Shown: in pieces, positions 1 through 8,349 of the stretch | How the letters are laid out: every line of letters begins with the position of its first letter | How positions within the stretch are numbered: the stretch's first letter is position 1 | NCBI GenBank assembly: GCA_012517205.1 | Contig: JAAYVL010000103.1 | Coordinates: forward strand, 2,413 to 66,412 | DNA from: Verrucomicrobiota bacterium | GTDB taxonomy: Bacteria > Verrucomicrobiota > Verrucomicrobiia > Limisphaerales > UBA8199 | Length of the DNA: 64,000 nucleotides | Direction of reading: 5' to 3' | Notes under the pieces: model-generated | Database searches by the model: none | What the model saw: the letters and a program-made list of their open reading frames with translations, nothing else | Told to the model about the DNA's origin: nothing | Program-made: the position numbers and the translations under genes

Positions 1-850
1 TGGGTTTTTCGATGGTTTCGCCGGCCAGCAGGCTGGTGAGGTGGCCGTTGAGCAACTGGATATCCAGCGCTTCGGGGGTCTCGTAGTTGCGGTCGTTGAT
101 CCAGTCGGTCGGATGCTCGACCAGCGACCAGAAATAGTCATCGAGGTTGAGCATGAGGAACCGCAGGCCCCGTTTCTGGAGCCGTTCGGTCAGTTTGACG
201 GTGGTGGTGGTTTTGCCGGAGGAGCTGGGGCCGCTGACCCACATCATGCGGAGCTGGTCGCCGCTGGCCAGGCGCCGCATGACTTTTTCGGCCGCTTCGT
301 CGAGCGATTGCTCGTAAAGGGCGAGGGATTCCTCCACCAGGGCCTTGATTTTGCCGCGTCGGACGATTTCGTTGAGGCCGGCCACGGTGTCGCAGCCGCG
401 CTGCCGATTCCACGCCAGCGTCTGCTCCATCCGCGCCCGCGGGAAGCCGTTGCCGGCGAACTTGTCCGGCGTGATGGCGCCTTCCCGCAGCCAGTGACGG
501 CCCCACCGGTAGCATTCGTAGGCGTCGGCGGTGTTTTGGAAGCCGTAGCTGCGCAGCGCGTGGAGGACTTCGTCCTGGATGATTTCGATGGTGGGCGGGA
601 AATTGGAGATCAGGTGGTGCGGGTCGGAGTTCAGGCACACGACCACCGCGTCGGCCAGAAACCCGGCGATGGCATCCTCGCTGCGGTAAGCCGCAAAGAG
701 GGTTTCATTGACGCCGGGGACGCGATCCTGTTCGAAGCCGCCGATGGATCGGGCGGCGTTGAGGATCGCCCGCCGGATGCGGGTGTCGTCGAACTTTACC
801 AGGGCGCGGTTGCGCTTTTGGACTTTAACAATGCGGTTCTGGACGGCCAT
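1..850 (-). CDS. ATP-cone domain fused to P-loop uridine-kinase-like nucleoside kinase (start inside window, 3' end runs off the left edge)
   Basis: Manual minus-strand translation from the ATG at 850 gives MAVQNRIVKVQKRNRALVKFDDTRIRRAILNAARSIGG (ATP-cone-like). Further on it gives VSGPSSSGKTTTTVKLTERLQKRGLRFLMLNLDDYF (Walker A, uridine kinase/PRK-like). It is absent from the ORF track because there is no stop in the window. Track ORF 41..859(+) is its antisense shadow. Confidence 0.75.
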   Translation of the reverse strand, partial: MAVQNRIVKVQKRNRALVKFDDTRIRRAILNAARSIGGFEQDRVPGVNETLFAAYRSEDAIAGFLADAVVVCLNSDPHHLISNFPPTIEIIQDEVLHALRSYGFQNTADAYECYRWGRHWLREGAITPDKFAGNGFPRARMEQTLAWNRQRGCDTVAGLNEIVRRGKIKALVEESLALYEQSLDEAAEKVMRRLASGDQLRMMWVSGPSSSGKTTTTVKLTERLQKRGLRFLMLNLDDYFWSLVEHPTDWINDRNYETPEALDIQLLNGHLTSLLAGETIEKP

Positions 851-1014
851 GTATTTTGACTATACATCAGCCCCGGTGGCTGACAATGCCGTTCCTGCCC
901 CGGTTCCGGCTTGGCGGCGGGGGGCGCGCATTTCCCCGCCTGTGCGGGCGGAGGCAGGGAGTTTCCGCGGCGATTTCTGATTGTATTCTCCGTTTCTCCG
1001 GCTAGTATCCAGCT

Positions 1015-4000
1015 ATGAGCGGTGCCTGTTTTCATCGTATTGGCATTGGCCGGGGGCAGGGCTTGCGCGCACGGGTGGCGGGGGTCATGGCCGTTTGGCT
1101 GGCGGTGGCGGGAGGGGCGGGGGAATTCCGCGGGCTCTGGGTGGATAGCTGGAGTCCGGGGCTGTATAACGCCGCGCAAATTTCGCAACTGGTAAGCGAT
1201 GCGCGGGCGGGCCATTTCAATGCGCTGGTGGTGGAGGTCCGGCGGCGGGCGGACGCGTTCTACAACTCTAATTTTGAGCCCAAAGCGGTTGGGGTGGCGG
1301 AGGACTTCGATCCCCTGGCGGATTTGATTGCCAAGGCGCACAACACGAACGACGGTCCCCGGCTGGAGGTTCATTGCTGGATCGTGGCCTACCCGGCTTG
1401 GCTGGGGAGCAGCCCGCCGCCCCAGCCCAACCATCCGCTGAATCTCCATCCGGACTGGCGGAACCGGACCAGCACGGGCGCGTTCTGCACCGATGGGCAG
1501 AACCATTACTTCGATCCCGCGCACCCAGAGGTGCAAAAGCATATTTTCAAGGTGGCCATGGATATTATCTCGCGCTACGACGTGGACGGGTTGAACTGGG
1601 ACTATATCCGTTATCCCGGGGTCCTGTGGGGTTACGGTGAGGCCGCCCTGGCGCGGTTCAATTCGCGATTCCACCGCACGGGCTGGCCCGCCGCCAGCGA
1701 CCCGGACTGGACGGCGTTCCGCCGCGACCAGGTCACCGCCCTGGTGCGCAAGGTGTATCTTTCCGCCATCGCCTGCAAACCCCAGGTGGTGCTTTCGGCC
1801 GCGGTGTTCACGGGCTCGCCGGGCATAACCAACACGGCGGATTTTCCGAGCACGAGCGCCTACAGCAGCGTGCTGCAAAATTGGCTGGCGTGGATGCTGG
1901 AGGGCATCCTGGATTTGAACATGCCCATGACCTATTTTGATCATTCCGTTTCGGCGGCGGCCTACGCGCGGTGGAACAACTTTATCAAGGACCATCGCTA
2001 CCACCGGCAGGCCGTGGTGGGACCGGCGATCGGCCAGAACACGATTTCCAACAGTCTCGTCCAGATCCGCCTGACACGCCAAACGACGCCCGCGGGCAAT
2101 CGCGGCGACGGGGTATCCTGTTATAGCTACGCCAGCAACAACAGTGGGCGGCTGCCCATTGCGGCGTTTCTGGAAGCGCTCACGCAGCCGACGGCCCACG
2201 ATCCCCTCACGCCGCCGGTGTTCAGCGAGTTGGATGTGCCGCCGGACCGGCTATGGAAAAATTCTCCGGTGCGCGGGCACTTGAAGGGTTTTGTTTATGA
2301 CGATCTGGGCCAGGAACTGGACGGCGCCACCATCGCGCTCAGCGGGCCGGCGACCCGGGTGCTGACGAACGATGCCACCGGCTTTTACGGGGCTGTGGAC
2401 CTGGAGCCGGGCCTGTACACCGCCTGCGCTTCGTTTCCCGGCCATGCCCCGGCAACGCAGACGGTGGCGGTCGTGGCGGGAACGGTGGCGGACCTGGATT
2501 TTTCGCTGACGCCGACGGGGGTGGTGATTGTCCTCCAACCGCAGGATCAATCCGCGCTGGTGGGGAGCAATGCGGTGCTGCGCGCGCGCGCGGCGGGGGT
2601 CCGGCCGCTGGGTTATCAATGGTTGCAGAACGGGGTCGCGCTCGCCGGGGAAACGGCCGACAGCCTGACCCTGGCCCATGTTCAGCTCACGAATGCGGGG
2701 ACGTACCGGCTGGTGGTGTCAAACGCCTCGGGGGCGGTCACCTCGCTGGTCGCCACGCTGACCACGCTGCTCCCGGTCAGGGTTTCCTCCGCGGGAAACG
2801 GCACCGTGAGCCTGGCTCCCAACGCGGCGGGGCACGCGCTGAACAGCTTCGTGACGGTGGCCGGCGTCCCGGAGGCGGGCTTTGGCTTCAGCCATTGGTC
2901 GGGCGACCTTGCCAGCACCTTGAACCCGCTTACTTTTCAAGTGACGAACAGCCTGACGATCACGGGCAATTTCGCCCCTTCCCCGGACGACCTGATCCTG
3001 GACAATCCGCAAGCCTCATACACGGGCAGTTGGACGGTGAGCCAAACGGCGGAGGGGCGGTATGGGCTGAATTACCACTACGCCACAACGACGGATGGCC
3101 CGGCCACAGCGACCGCGACGTACCGGCCGCTCATCAGCCGGGCCGGAGCCTACGACGTCTATCTCTGGTACCCGGCGGGCGGCAACCGCGCGACCAACGC
3201 GCCCTGGGTGGTTTCGTATGCGGGAGGATCGGTGACCTCGCTGGTGAACCAAACGACCGACGGCGGGAAGTGGGTCCAGATTGCCGGGGGGAAATACTTT
3301 GCGGCGGGAACGAACGGCAGCGTGCAACTGGCAAACAATACCGGCGCCCGCGGCAAGGTGGTGATGGCGGATGCGGTTCGGTTCGTCCGGGCGCGCGGGC
3401 AACAATATGTTCCAATCCGCCTTGAGCCGGGCAGCCGGGATGTGGCATCCGGTTTCGCGCTGGCGGTGTATGGCAACCCGGATCAAACCTGCTTGGTCGA
3501 AGCCAGCGCGAACCTCCGGCAGTGGGCGCCTTTATCCCGCGTGCGGTTGGGCAGCCAACTCGCGCAACTGGTGGACGCGGATTCCGACGCTTACCCGCAC
3601 CGCTTTTACCGCGCGCGCCAGGTCAACGTGTACTCTCTGGCGGATTTCGAGAACTATGCCAACGGCGTCCGGGTGTTGTTCGGCACCCCGGCGTCCTCCG
3701 GCAGCACCCATGAATTTGTGGATTCGGCCGCCCCGAATTTCTGCCGGGTGACCAACTCTTTTCCCGCGGGCAATGCGAGTGCGAAGGTCTTGCATATTGG
3801 CTGGAGTTTTGTGGCCGGGAGCAGCGGCCAAAGCCCCTGGCTGCGGCTGGCGACATGGGACGCCCCGGGCCTGCCGAATCCGATCGTGAGCTTCCAGCAG
3901 GGCATCGGCTTTGCCGTTCGCACCGACCGCGAAATTTACCTGGCTGTGGGCTTGCGCGAGACGTCTTCGACGGGCCCCATTGGGTCGAATGGGGGAACGG

Positions 4001-4266
4001 TGGGGACCTTGGAATGGATCGGCGGCACTTCGGATAATACGACTGACCCGCCCCGGGGCCGCCGGATCTGCGCCGGCCAATGGATATGGGTGAGTTTTTG
4101 CATCCCCGCCGAACCGGTGCGCGCCTTTGTCGGCAGCGGCAACGGCGTGCTCGAATCCAGCACGGGCAAAGGCGTCTTCGATGAGTTGGTCATTGTCCCG
4201 GCCGATGGTCTCGGCCCCTACAATCTTTACCTCGACAATTTCCAGTTCATCACCTTCGAGCCCTGA
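1015..4266 (+). CDS. Secreted multidomain glycoside hydrolase-like family 10 (GHL10/YngK-like) protein with CarboxypepD_reg-like, Ig I-set-like, InlB-B-repeat-like and golvesin-C-like carbohydrate-binding modules
   Basis: 1083-aa ORF. The N-terminus is hydrophobic. FRGLWVDSWSPGLYNAAQISQLVSDARAGHFNALVVEVRRRADAFYNSNFEP is typical of GHL10. The Ig-like stretch is VLQPQDQSALVGSNAVLRARAAG..YQWLQNG..TNAGTYRLVVSNASG. The golvesin-like stretch is YTGSWTVSQTAEGRYGLNYHYA...ADAVRFV. Confidence 0.85.
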   Translation: MSGACFHRIGIGRGQGLRARVAGVMAVWLAVAGGAGEFRGLWVDSWSPGLYNAAQISQLVSDARAGHFNALVVEVRRRADAFYNSNFEPKAVGVAEDFDPLADLIAKAHNTNDGPRLEVHCWIVAYPAWLGSSPPPQPNHPLNLHPDWRNRTSTGAFCTDGQNHYFDPAHPEVQKHIFKVAMDIISRYDVDGLNWDYIRYPGVLWGYGEAALARFNSRFHRTGWPAASDPDWTAFRRDQVTALVRKVYLSAIACKPQVVLSAAVFTGSPGITNTADFPSTSAYSSVLQNWLAWMLEGILDLNMPMTYFDHSVSAAAYARWNNFIKDHRYHRQAVVGPAIGQNTISNSLVQIRLTRQTTPAGNRGDGVSCYSYASNNSGRLPIAAFLEALTQPTAHDPLTPPVFSELDVPPDRLWKNSPVRGHLKGFVYDDLGQELDGATIALSGPATRVLTNDATGFYGAVDLEPGLYTACASFPGHAPATQTVAVVAGTVADLDFSLTPTGVVIVLQPQDQSALVGSNAVLRARAAGVRPLGYQWLQNGVALAGETADSLTLAHVQLTNAGTYRLVVSNASGAVTSLVATLTTLLPVRVSSAGNGTVSLAPNAAGHALNSFVTVAGVPEAGFGFSHWSGDLASTLNPLTFQVTNSLTITGNFAPSPDDLILDNPQASYTGSWTVSQTAEGRYGLNYHYATTTDGPATATATYRPLISRAGAYDVYLWYPAGGNRATNAPWVVSYAGGSVTSLVNQTTDGGKWVQIAGGKYFAAGTNGSVQLANNTGARGKVVMADAVRFVRARGQQYVPIRLEPGSRDVASGFALAVYGNPDQTCLVEASANLRQWAPLSRVRLGSQLAQLVDADSDAYPHRFYRARQVNVYSLADFENYANGVRVLFGTPASSGSTHEFVDSAAPNFCRVTNSFPAGNASAKVLHIGWSFVAGSSGQSPWLRLATWDAPGLPNPIVSFQQGIGFAVRTDREIYLAVGLRETSSTGPIGSNGGTVGTLEWIGGTSDNTTDPPRGRRICAGQWIWVSFCIPAEPVRAFVGSGNGVLESSTGKGVFDELVIVPADGLGPYNLYLDNFQFITFEP

Positions 4267-4296
4267 CCCGCGCGGGACGGCGGGCCGGTTTGTGCG

Positions 4297-4612
4297 GCAT
4301 GAAATCACGCCCTTTCAGGGCTTGGCGAGGTGTGGGATTCTTTCCCAGGGCGTTGCCCTGGGCTATCACATGGCGCCCCGTTGGGGCGGGGGCGCAAGAC
4401 GGAACGGGTGCGCCAACGAGACCGGAGTTGGCCGCAACAGGCAAGAGGAGATAGCCCAGGGCAACGCCCTGGGAATAGCGTCCCCCAATCAACCCAGCCC
4501 TGAAAGGGCGAAACATGGATCAATCCCACACATAACGCCCCGTTGGGGCGGGGTGGCGGCCCCGTTTGTTGGGACGTTGTCCTGGCTATTGCATAACGCT
4601 CCGTTGGGGGCG
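4297..4612. repeat. REP-like array 1: one forward unit, one inverted unit and degenerate units of a three-hairpin GC-rich repeat
   Basis: Hairpins read directly from the sequence. H1 GCCCTTTCAGGGC is at 4309-4321. H2 CCCAGGGCGTTGCCCTGGG is at 4344-4362. H3 CGCCCCGTTGGGGCG is at 4374-4388. Inverted H2 is at 4455-4473 and inverted H1 at 4497-4509. A second H3 is at 4536-4550, and degenerate copies run to about 4611. The same units flank the RAYT gene at 6694-7146. Confidence 0.85.
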
Positions 4613-4865
4613 GGCAGCTTGGGCATCTTCCACGGCGGGCTTGAAGGTGACGACGAGCACGCGCTTGGCCCCGAGCTTTTTGGCGAAATGGTGTAGTTCT
4701 TGATGTTGGCGGTCTTGAGTTGCTCGGCACGCGCTGCTTCACGCCGCGCGGAGTCTGCCCTATCTTGGGCAATCCCGCATGCGCCGGGTCGCCAATCGCG
4801 TAAGCATAAATACACGGGCGAGTTTCCGGTTTCGGGGCAAGGATTTCTTCGAGGATCTTACGCAT
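4612..4865 (-). pseudogene. N-terminal fragment of a GIY-YIG/T5orf172-helicase type restriction-associated gene (frameshifted, truncated by REP array 1)
   Basis: The ATG at 4865 overlaps the methyltransferase stop by 8 nt (ATGCGTAA). Three frames in succession give MRKILEEILAPKPETRPCIYAYAIGDPAHAGLPKIGQT, then AEQLKTANIKNYTI, then FAKKLGAKRVLVVTFKPAVEDAQ. These resemble a T5orf172 N-domain followed by the start of a helicase. The fragment ends in the REP array. The family call is from memory of motif style only. Confidence 0.45.
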
Positions 4866-6085
4866 CGCTCTCTCCCACCGGGCGAATAGTGGACTCAATG
4901 AACTCGATTTCGTCGGGAGTCAGCCGATATCTTTTGTAGAGTGCCTTATCGGGCCACGACTTTGAGAAGTCTTGGGCCGGGACAAAAACGAATGACCCGC
5001 GAGTGATGTTTTGGGTAAGCAGAATGGCAGAAACAAGGAATCGCACAAATCGCGTGCGCAGATATTCAGCAACGTGCTCCGCCTCCCGTTCTGATTTGAA
5101 CGGCCCTATAATTAAATATGACTCCGTCGCAACTGAATTTGGGGACATGACCTCAATTCTTGACAGCACGCGTTTCCGGCCCGACTTATCAGGCTGGCCT
5201 GCATGCTCGCTCGATGTTTTCGAGAGTAGAACTTTCCATTTCCCGATGAGTTCTGTCCCCTTAATAACATCTTTCCGATCAATCCGACAGTCGCCACTGC
5301 TGGTATATAAATATAGCTCGCCCGTTTTATTTCCCGCTTGGGCCGCAGCGATTCCGAATGGCCTTCTTGCAGAGACGAGGGTTGAAAACTCTCGCTCGCC
5401 TCGTGCTTTCACCTTCTTCACGATGCCGCGCACACGATTATCCCGGACGAAAACCTCATATTCGTTCAGGGATCTCTCCGCTATAACACTTTGGCCATTG
5501 GCGCGAGTCTCCACCATGCAAGTGCCGGGGTTGTCCCGATCCCAAAGGAAATACATAACGCCACCGGCAACATCCACCCCACTGAATGCGTCTCTTGAGT
5601 TCGGATAATCAATTAAATGCCTGATGCGCTGGTCCGAGAGCATCTTAGCGCGAAACTCGTCCAATCCTTTGCCTCCTGAGAACCATTTCGATGGCACGAT
5701 CATTGACAAAAATCTTGGTTCGAGCGAGAGCGCTTGCTCGATGAAACGATGATAGAGCGGTATGGCGCTTGAGCCGTCGCCTCCACCGTCATTAAGCTGA
5801 TACGGCGGGTTTCCAATGATGACGTCGAATTGCATGTTGCCTCCAAAAATCTCGGCGAGCCGAGTCTTGATGTTGCTGTGGGAATGAATGCGCAGGCGTG
5901 AGTTTCAAGTCCCGCCGCCCGGTCGAAAACGGATTTGCCCGCGCCGCAATAGAGGCACTGGTTGCCTTCTCAAGAGTGTTTGATGCACTGGAACCAGATG
6001 TTCCCATCGTCGTTGGAGAGGTTGGTGATGCAGGTCAGCATGTCGGGGTTGCACCCGCGGAGTGCAAAGTTGGTTTGGGCAATCA
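4858..6085 (-). pseudogene. Distal part of an Eco57I-type gamma-class N6-adenine DNA methyltransferase (NPPY catalytic half plus target-recognition region). It has one in-frame TGA and one frameshift upstream of the 325-aa ORF.
   Basis: ORF 4858..5835 starts MQFDVIIGNPPYQLNDGGGDGSSAIPLYHRF (motif IV) and has no AdoMet motif I. Its frame stays open upstream as NSRLRIHSHSNIKTRLAEIFGGN to a stop at 5905-5907. Another frame from 6086 reads MIAQTNFALRGCNPDMLTCITNLSNDDGNIWFQCIKHS, then TGA (5970-5972), then EGNQCLYCGAGKSVFDRAAGLETHA. The region is visibly more AT-rich than its surroundings. Confidence 0.7.
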
Positions 6086-6086
6086 T

Positions 6087-6693
6087 TAGGCGGCCTCCAG
6101 CATGGCGCCCCACACCCGAATGCGGCAAGACGAAATGGGTGCGCCAATGGCCCGGTTTGGCCGCAACGAGGCAAGGCGGAACGGGTACGGCAACGGGCCC
6201 CCGCGCCCCAACGGGGCATCATGCGATAGCCTAGGCAACGCCCTGGGAACAGCGCCCCCCAACCAATCCAGCCCTGAAAGGGCGAAACACGAACCAATCC
6301 CACACATAACGCCCCGTTGGGGCGGGGGGGGGGGCGGCCCCGTTTGTTGGGGCGTTGGCCCGGGGTCCGCATTATGCCTCGTTGAAAACCAGGGGCGCGA
6401 GGATTCAAGCAAGGAACCGCATCTTGAAATCTCGCCCTTTCAGGGCTTGGCGACGTTGCGGGGCTCTTTCCCGGGGCGTTGCCCCGGGCTATCACCGGGC
6501 GCCCCGTTGGGGCGAGAGTGATTCGGCGATTATTATGCGCCCCCGGTGTGGTGGCATGCGCCCGAATGCGGCAAGACGAAATGGGTGCGCCAATGGCCCC
6601 CCCGCCCCAACGGGGCGTCACGCGATAGCCCAGGGCAACGCCCTGGGAACAACGCCCCCAAACCAATCCAGCCCTGAAAGGGCGAAACATGGG
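6087..6693. repeat. REP-like array 2 (two inverted units, one forward unit, and a duplicated spacer motif)
   Basis: Inverted H3 is at about 6204-6217, a degenerate inverted H2 at 6230-6247, and inverted H1 at 6271-6283. H3 is at 6310-6324 and H1 at 6434-6446. The H2 variant CCCGGGGCGTTGCCCCGGG is at 6470-6488 and H3 at 6500-6514. Further inverted copies are H3 at 6603-6617, H2 at 6629-6647 and H1 at 6671-6683. The spacer CGAATGCGGCAAGACGAAATGGGTGCGCCAATGGCCC occurs twice, near 6115 and near 6562. Confidence 0.85.
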
Positions 6694-7146
6694 TCAATCC
6701 CACACATAACGTTCGTCATACGCAACGTTGTATTTTTTCAGCCAACGCCGGTATTCCTCCTGAAACGTCATCGCGCGGTGATGCTCGGCTTGCTCGCCAA
6801 TGTATTTCGCATGCGCCGCGCGGTGGGATGGACTGAGCGAGAAAATGCCATAGCCACTTTGCCAATGAAAGCGGGCATAGCGAAGCCCCTTCGTTTTCAG
6901 CCATTTGGATGTGCCGGTCTTGATCTCCTGGACCAAGTCGGCCGGCGCGCACGTACGGGGCATGGCGATCAGCAGATGAATATGGTCGGCGACGGAGCCC
7001 GCCTTGAGCAGTGTGCCCTGTTGGTTCGCCACGATGCCCCCACAGTACGCGTGGAGTTCATCCCGGATGTCGTCGGCCAGCACCGCCTCCCGGTTCTTCG
7101 TGGAGAAGACCAGGTGCGCGAGGATTTGGGCAAGGGATTGAGGCAT
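6694..7146 (-). CDS. tnpA: IS200/IS605-family Y1 (HUH) transposase of the REP-associated tyrosine transposase (RAYT) type
   Basis: 150-aa ORF MPQSLAQILAHLVFSTKNREAVL...ADHIHLLIAMP (HUH)...WQSGYGIFSLS...EHHRAMTFQEEYRRWLKKYNVAYDERYVWD. Inverted REP units abut both ends. The start codon lies inside the repeat CATGAAATCACGCCCTTTCAGGGC. Confidence 0.9.
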   Translation of the reverse strand: MPQSLAQILAHLVFSTKNREAVLADDIRDELHAYCGGIVANQQGTLLKAGSVADHIHLLIAMPRTCAPADLVQEIKTGTSKWLKTKGLRYARFHWQSGYGIFSLSPSHRAAHAKYIGEQAEHHRAMTFQEEYRRWLKKYNVAYDERYVWD

Positions 7147-7417
7147 GAAATCACGCCCTTTCAGGGCTTGGCGAGGTTGTGGGGCTCTTTCCCAGGGCGT
7201 TGCCCTGGGCTATCCCATGGCGCCCCGTTGGGGCGAGGGTGGCCCCGTTTGTTGGGGATTGCCCCGTTTATTGAGGGTGGCCCAGTTTGTCGGAGGTTGC
7301 TCCGGACTATCGCATGACACCTCGTTGGGGCGCGGGGGGCCGGGCGTGATTGGGGGGCTTTTTCCCGGACATTGCCCTGGGATATCGCAATATGCGCCCG
7401 GGCAGGAGTTGGCGGAT
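7144..7417. repeat. REP-like array 3 (one intact forward unit plus decaying units)
   Basis: H1 is at 7155-7167, H2 at 7191-7209 and H3 at 7221-7235. These are followed by GGCCCCGTTTGTTGGGG-type mini-hairpins and a degenerate H2 (CCCGGACATTGCCCTGGGATATCGC) near 7365-7390. Confidence 0.8.
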
Positions 7418-8062
7418 TTATAGTGTTGCCTGCGGCGTCCTGGCGATCAGCTCACTCACAGTCATCGGGGGGTAGGTTTTGGTGGGCGTGAAAATCTCGT
7501 GCTTGCCGAGTTGGGCAAAGAGCGAGTCCTGAGCACTGAACGCCGAGGACAAAGTCAGGCTTTGCAGGCTAAAGTCGCGCCGCTGGTAACGTCCTTTCCA
7601 AAGATAAGCCCACTCGGCGAAGGTGATGGGCAAATTGTCCCAGGTGCGCATTTTCATGGCGTCGCCGTGGATGAGGTTGACCGACAGCACGCAGACGGCG
7701 GCGCGATAGAAATCATCGGAAGGTTCGAGATTCAAATACTCGGCGAAGATTTCCAGCAGATTGGCGCGGCAATCGGCAATGTTGTCCGGCAACAACTCGA
7801 TGCCATAAACGCACATCAGCGCGAGCAGTGCGTAGTGCCGCCGCTCGAAATCGGATTTGCCGTATTTGAGTTCCACAGCGGCGAGTTTGCGCCTGAGGAT
7901 CTGGACAAGGAAGTTGCCGTTGCCGCACGCCGGTTCCAGAAAGCGCGAGTCAATGCGCTTGGTTTCGCCCTTCACGAGGTCGAGCATGGCCTCGACCATC
8001 CACGCGGGGGTGAAAACCTCCCCGTGGTCGGCGACGCGTTGTTTGGACTTCACCAGCGCCAT
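7418..8062 (-). pseudogene. Proximal part of the same(?) gamma-class N6-adenine DNA methyltransferase (motif X and AdoMet-binding motif I). Its ORF ends a few codons into the REP insertion.
   Basis: 214-aa ORF MALVKSKQRVADHGEVFTPAWMVEAMLDLV...SRFLEPACGNGNFLVQIL...NLIHGDAM. There is no NPPY motif. The last codons (RTPQATL, stop) are read from sequence immediately next to degenerate REP units. Confidence 0.65.
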
Positions 8063-8349
8063 TTTACTTTTCCAGAGTCGAACCAGGTCAAAGCCGGGCT
8101 AGAGCGCAGCAGCCTGGCTTCCGCGAACAAACGGCAGGCTGCAGCTTCATAATGCGGCAGAAGGCGGCTTTTTCGCAACGAAATAACGATGCCGTATTTC
8201 TCCCCGCACCGGCGGGCATGCTCCGGCTCCGGGGCGGCCATTTCGCCGCGGCTCCAAATCCCGTCCGCTCTCCCAAGCCAATCGCCTGGAGCTGAGGTTG
8301 GAGGAAAGCCCGGGGCCACGGTTGCCGCAATGGTTCAGGGGGATGAAAA

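Larger units (their letters stand above)
6086..7441 (-). mobile_element. REP-RAYT-REP composite block (1356 bp) interrupting the methyltransferase gene
   Basis: The block is bounded by GGCAATCA (6078-6085) and GGCGATCA (7442-7449), which are TGATTGCC and TGATCGCC on the coding strand, a 7/8 match. Deleting the block plus one repeat copy joins ...MTVSELIA to QTNFALRG... in the same codon phase. The interior is REP array 2, the IS200-like tnpA and REP array 3. Confidence 0.55.

Noticed and set aside
41-859. 272-aa plus-strand ORF at the left edge
   Set aside because: Its composition is Gly/Ala/Val/Asp-rich and shadow-like. The opposite strand gives a clean ATP-cone plus P-loop kinase reading that runs off the window, so this is an antisense artefact of high GC.
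796-2199. 467-aa minus-strand ORF overlapping the glycoside hydrolase gene
   Set aside because: The sequence is Arg/Pro/Gly-rich with low complexity and no motifs. It is fully antisense to the well-supported GHL10 gene.
5970-5972. In-frame TGA codons (here and at 47975-47977) as evidence for TGA-to-Trp or selenocysteine recoding
   Set aside because: TGA terminates many confident genes in this window, for example the MTase-HK overlap ATGGCTGA and marC's upstream neighbour. Both affected genes also carry frameshifts. Nonsense mutation in pseudogenes is the simpler reading.
4305-7317. Track ORFs 4305..4898(-), 5905..6690(-) and 6355..7317(+), which share peptide repeats such as PFQGLA..GVALGY..APRWG
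   Set aside because: The peptide repeats are just translations of the REP hairpins in both orientations. The reading frames cross unit boundaries and tnpA. They are not genes.
4297-7417. Possible CRISPR array, suggested by the short GC-rich repeats
   Set aside because: The repeats are themselves palindromic, occur in both orientations, have irregular spacing with partly repeated spacers, and flank a Y1 transposase. No cas genes are present. This is a REP/RAYT pattern, not CRISPR.
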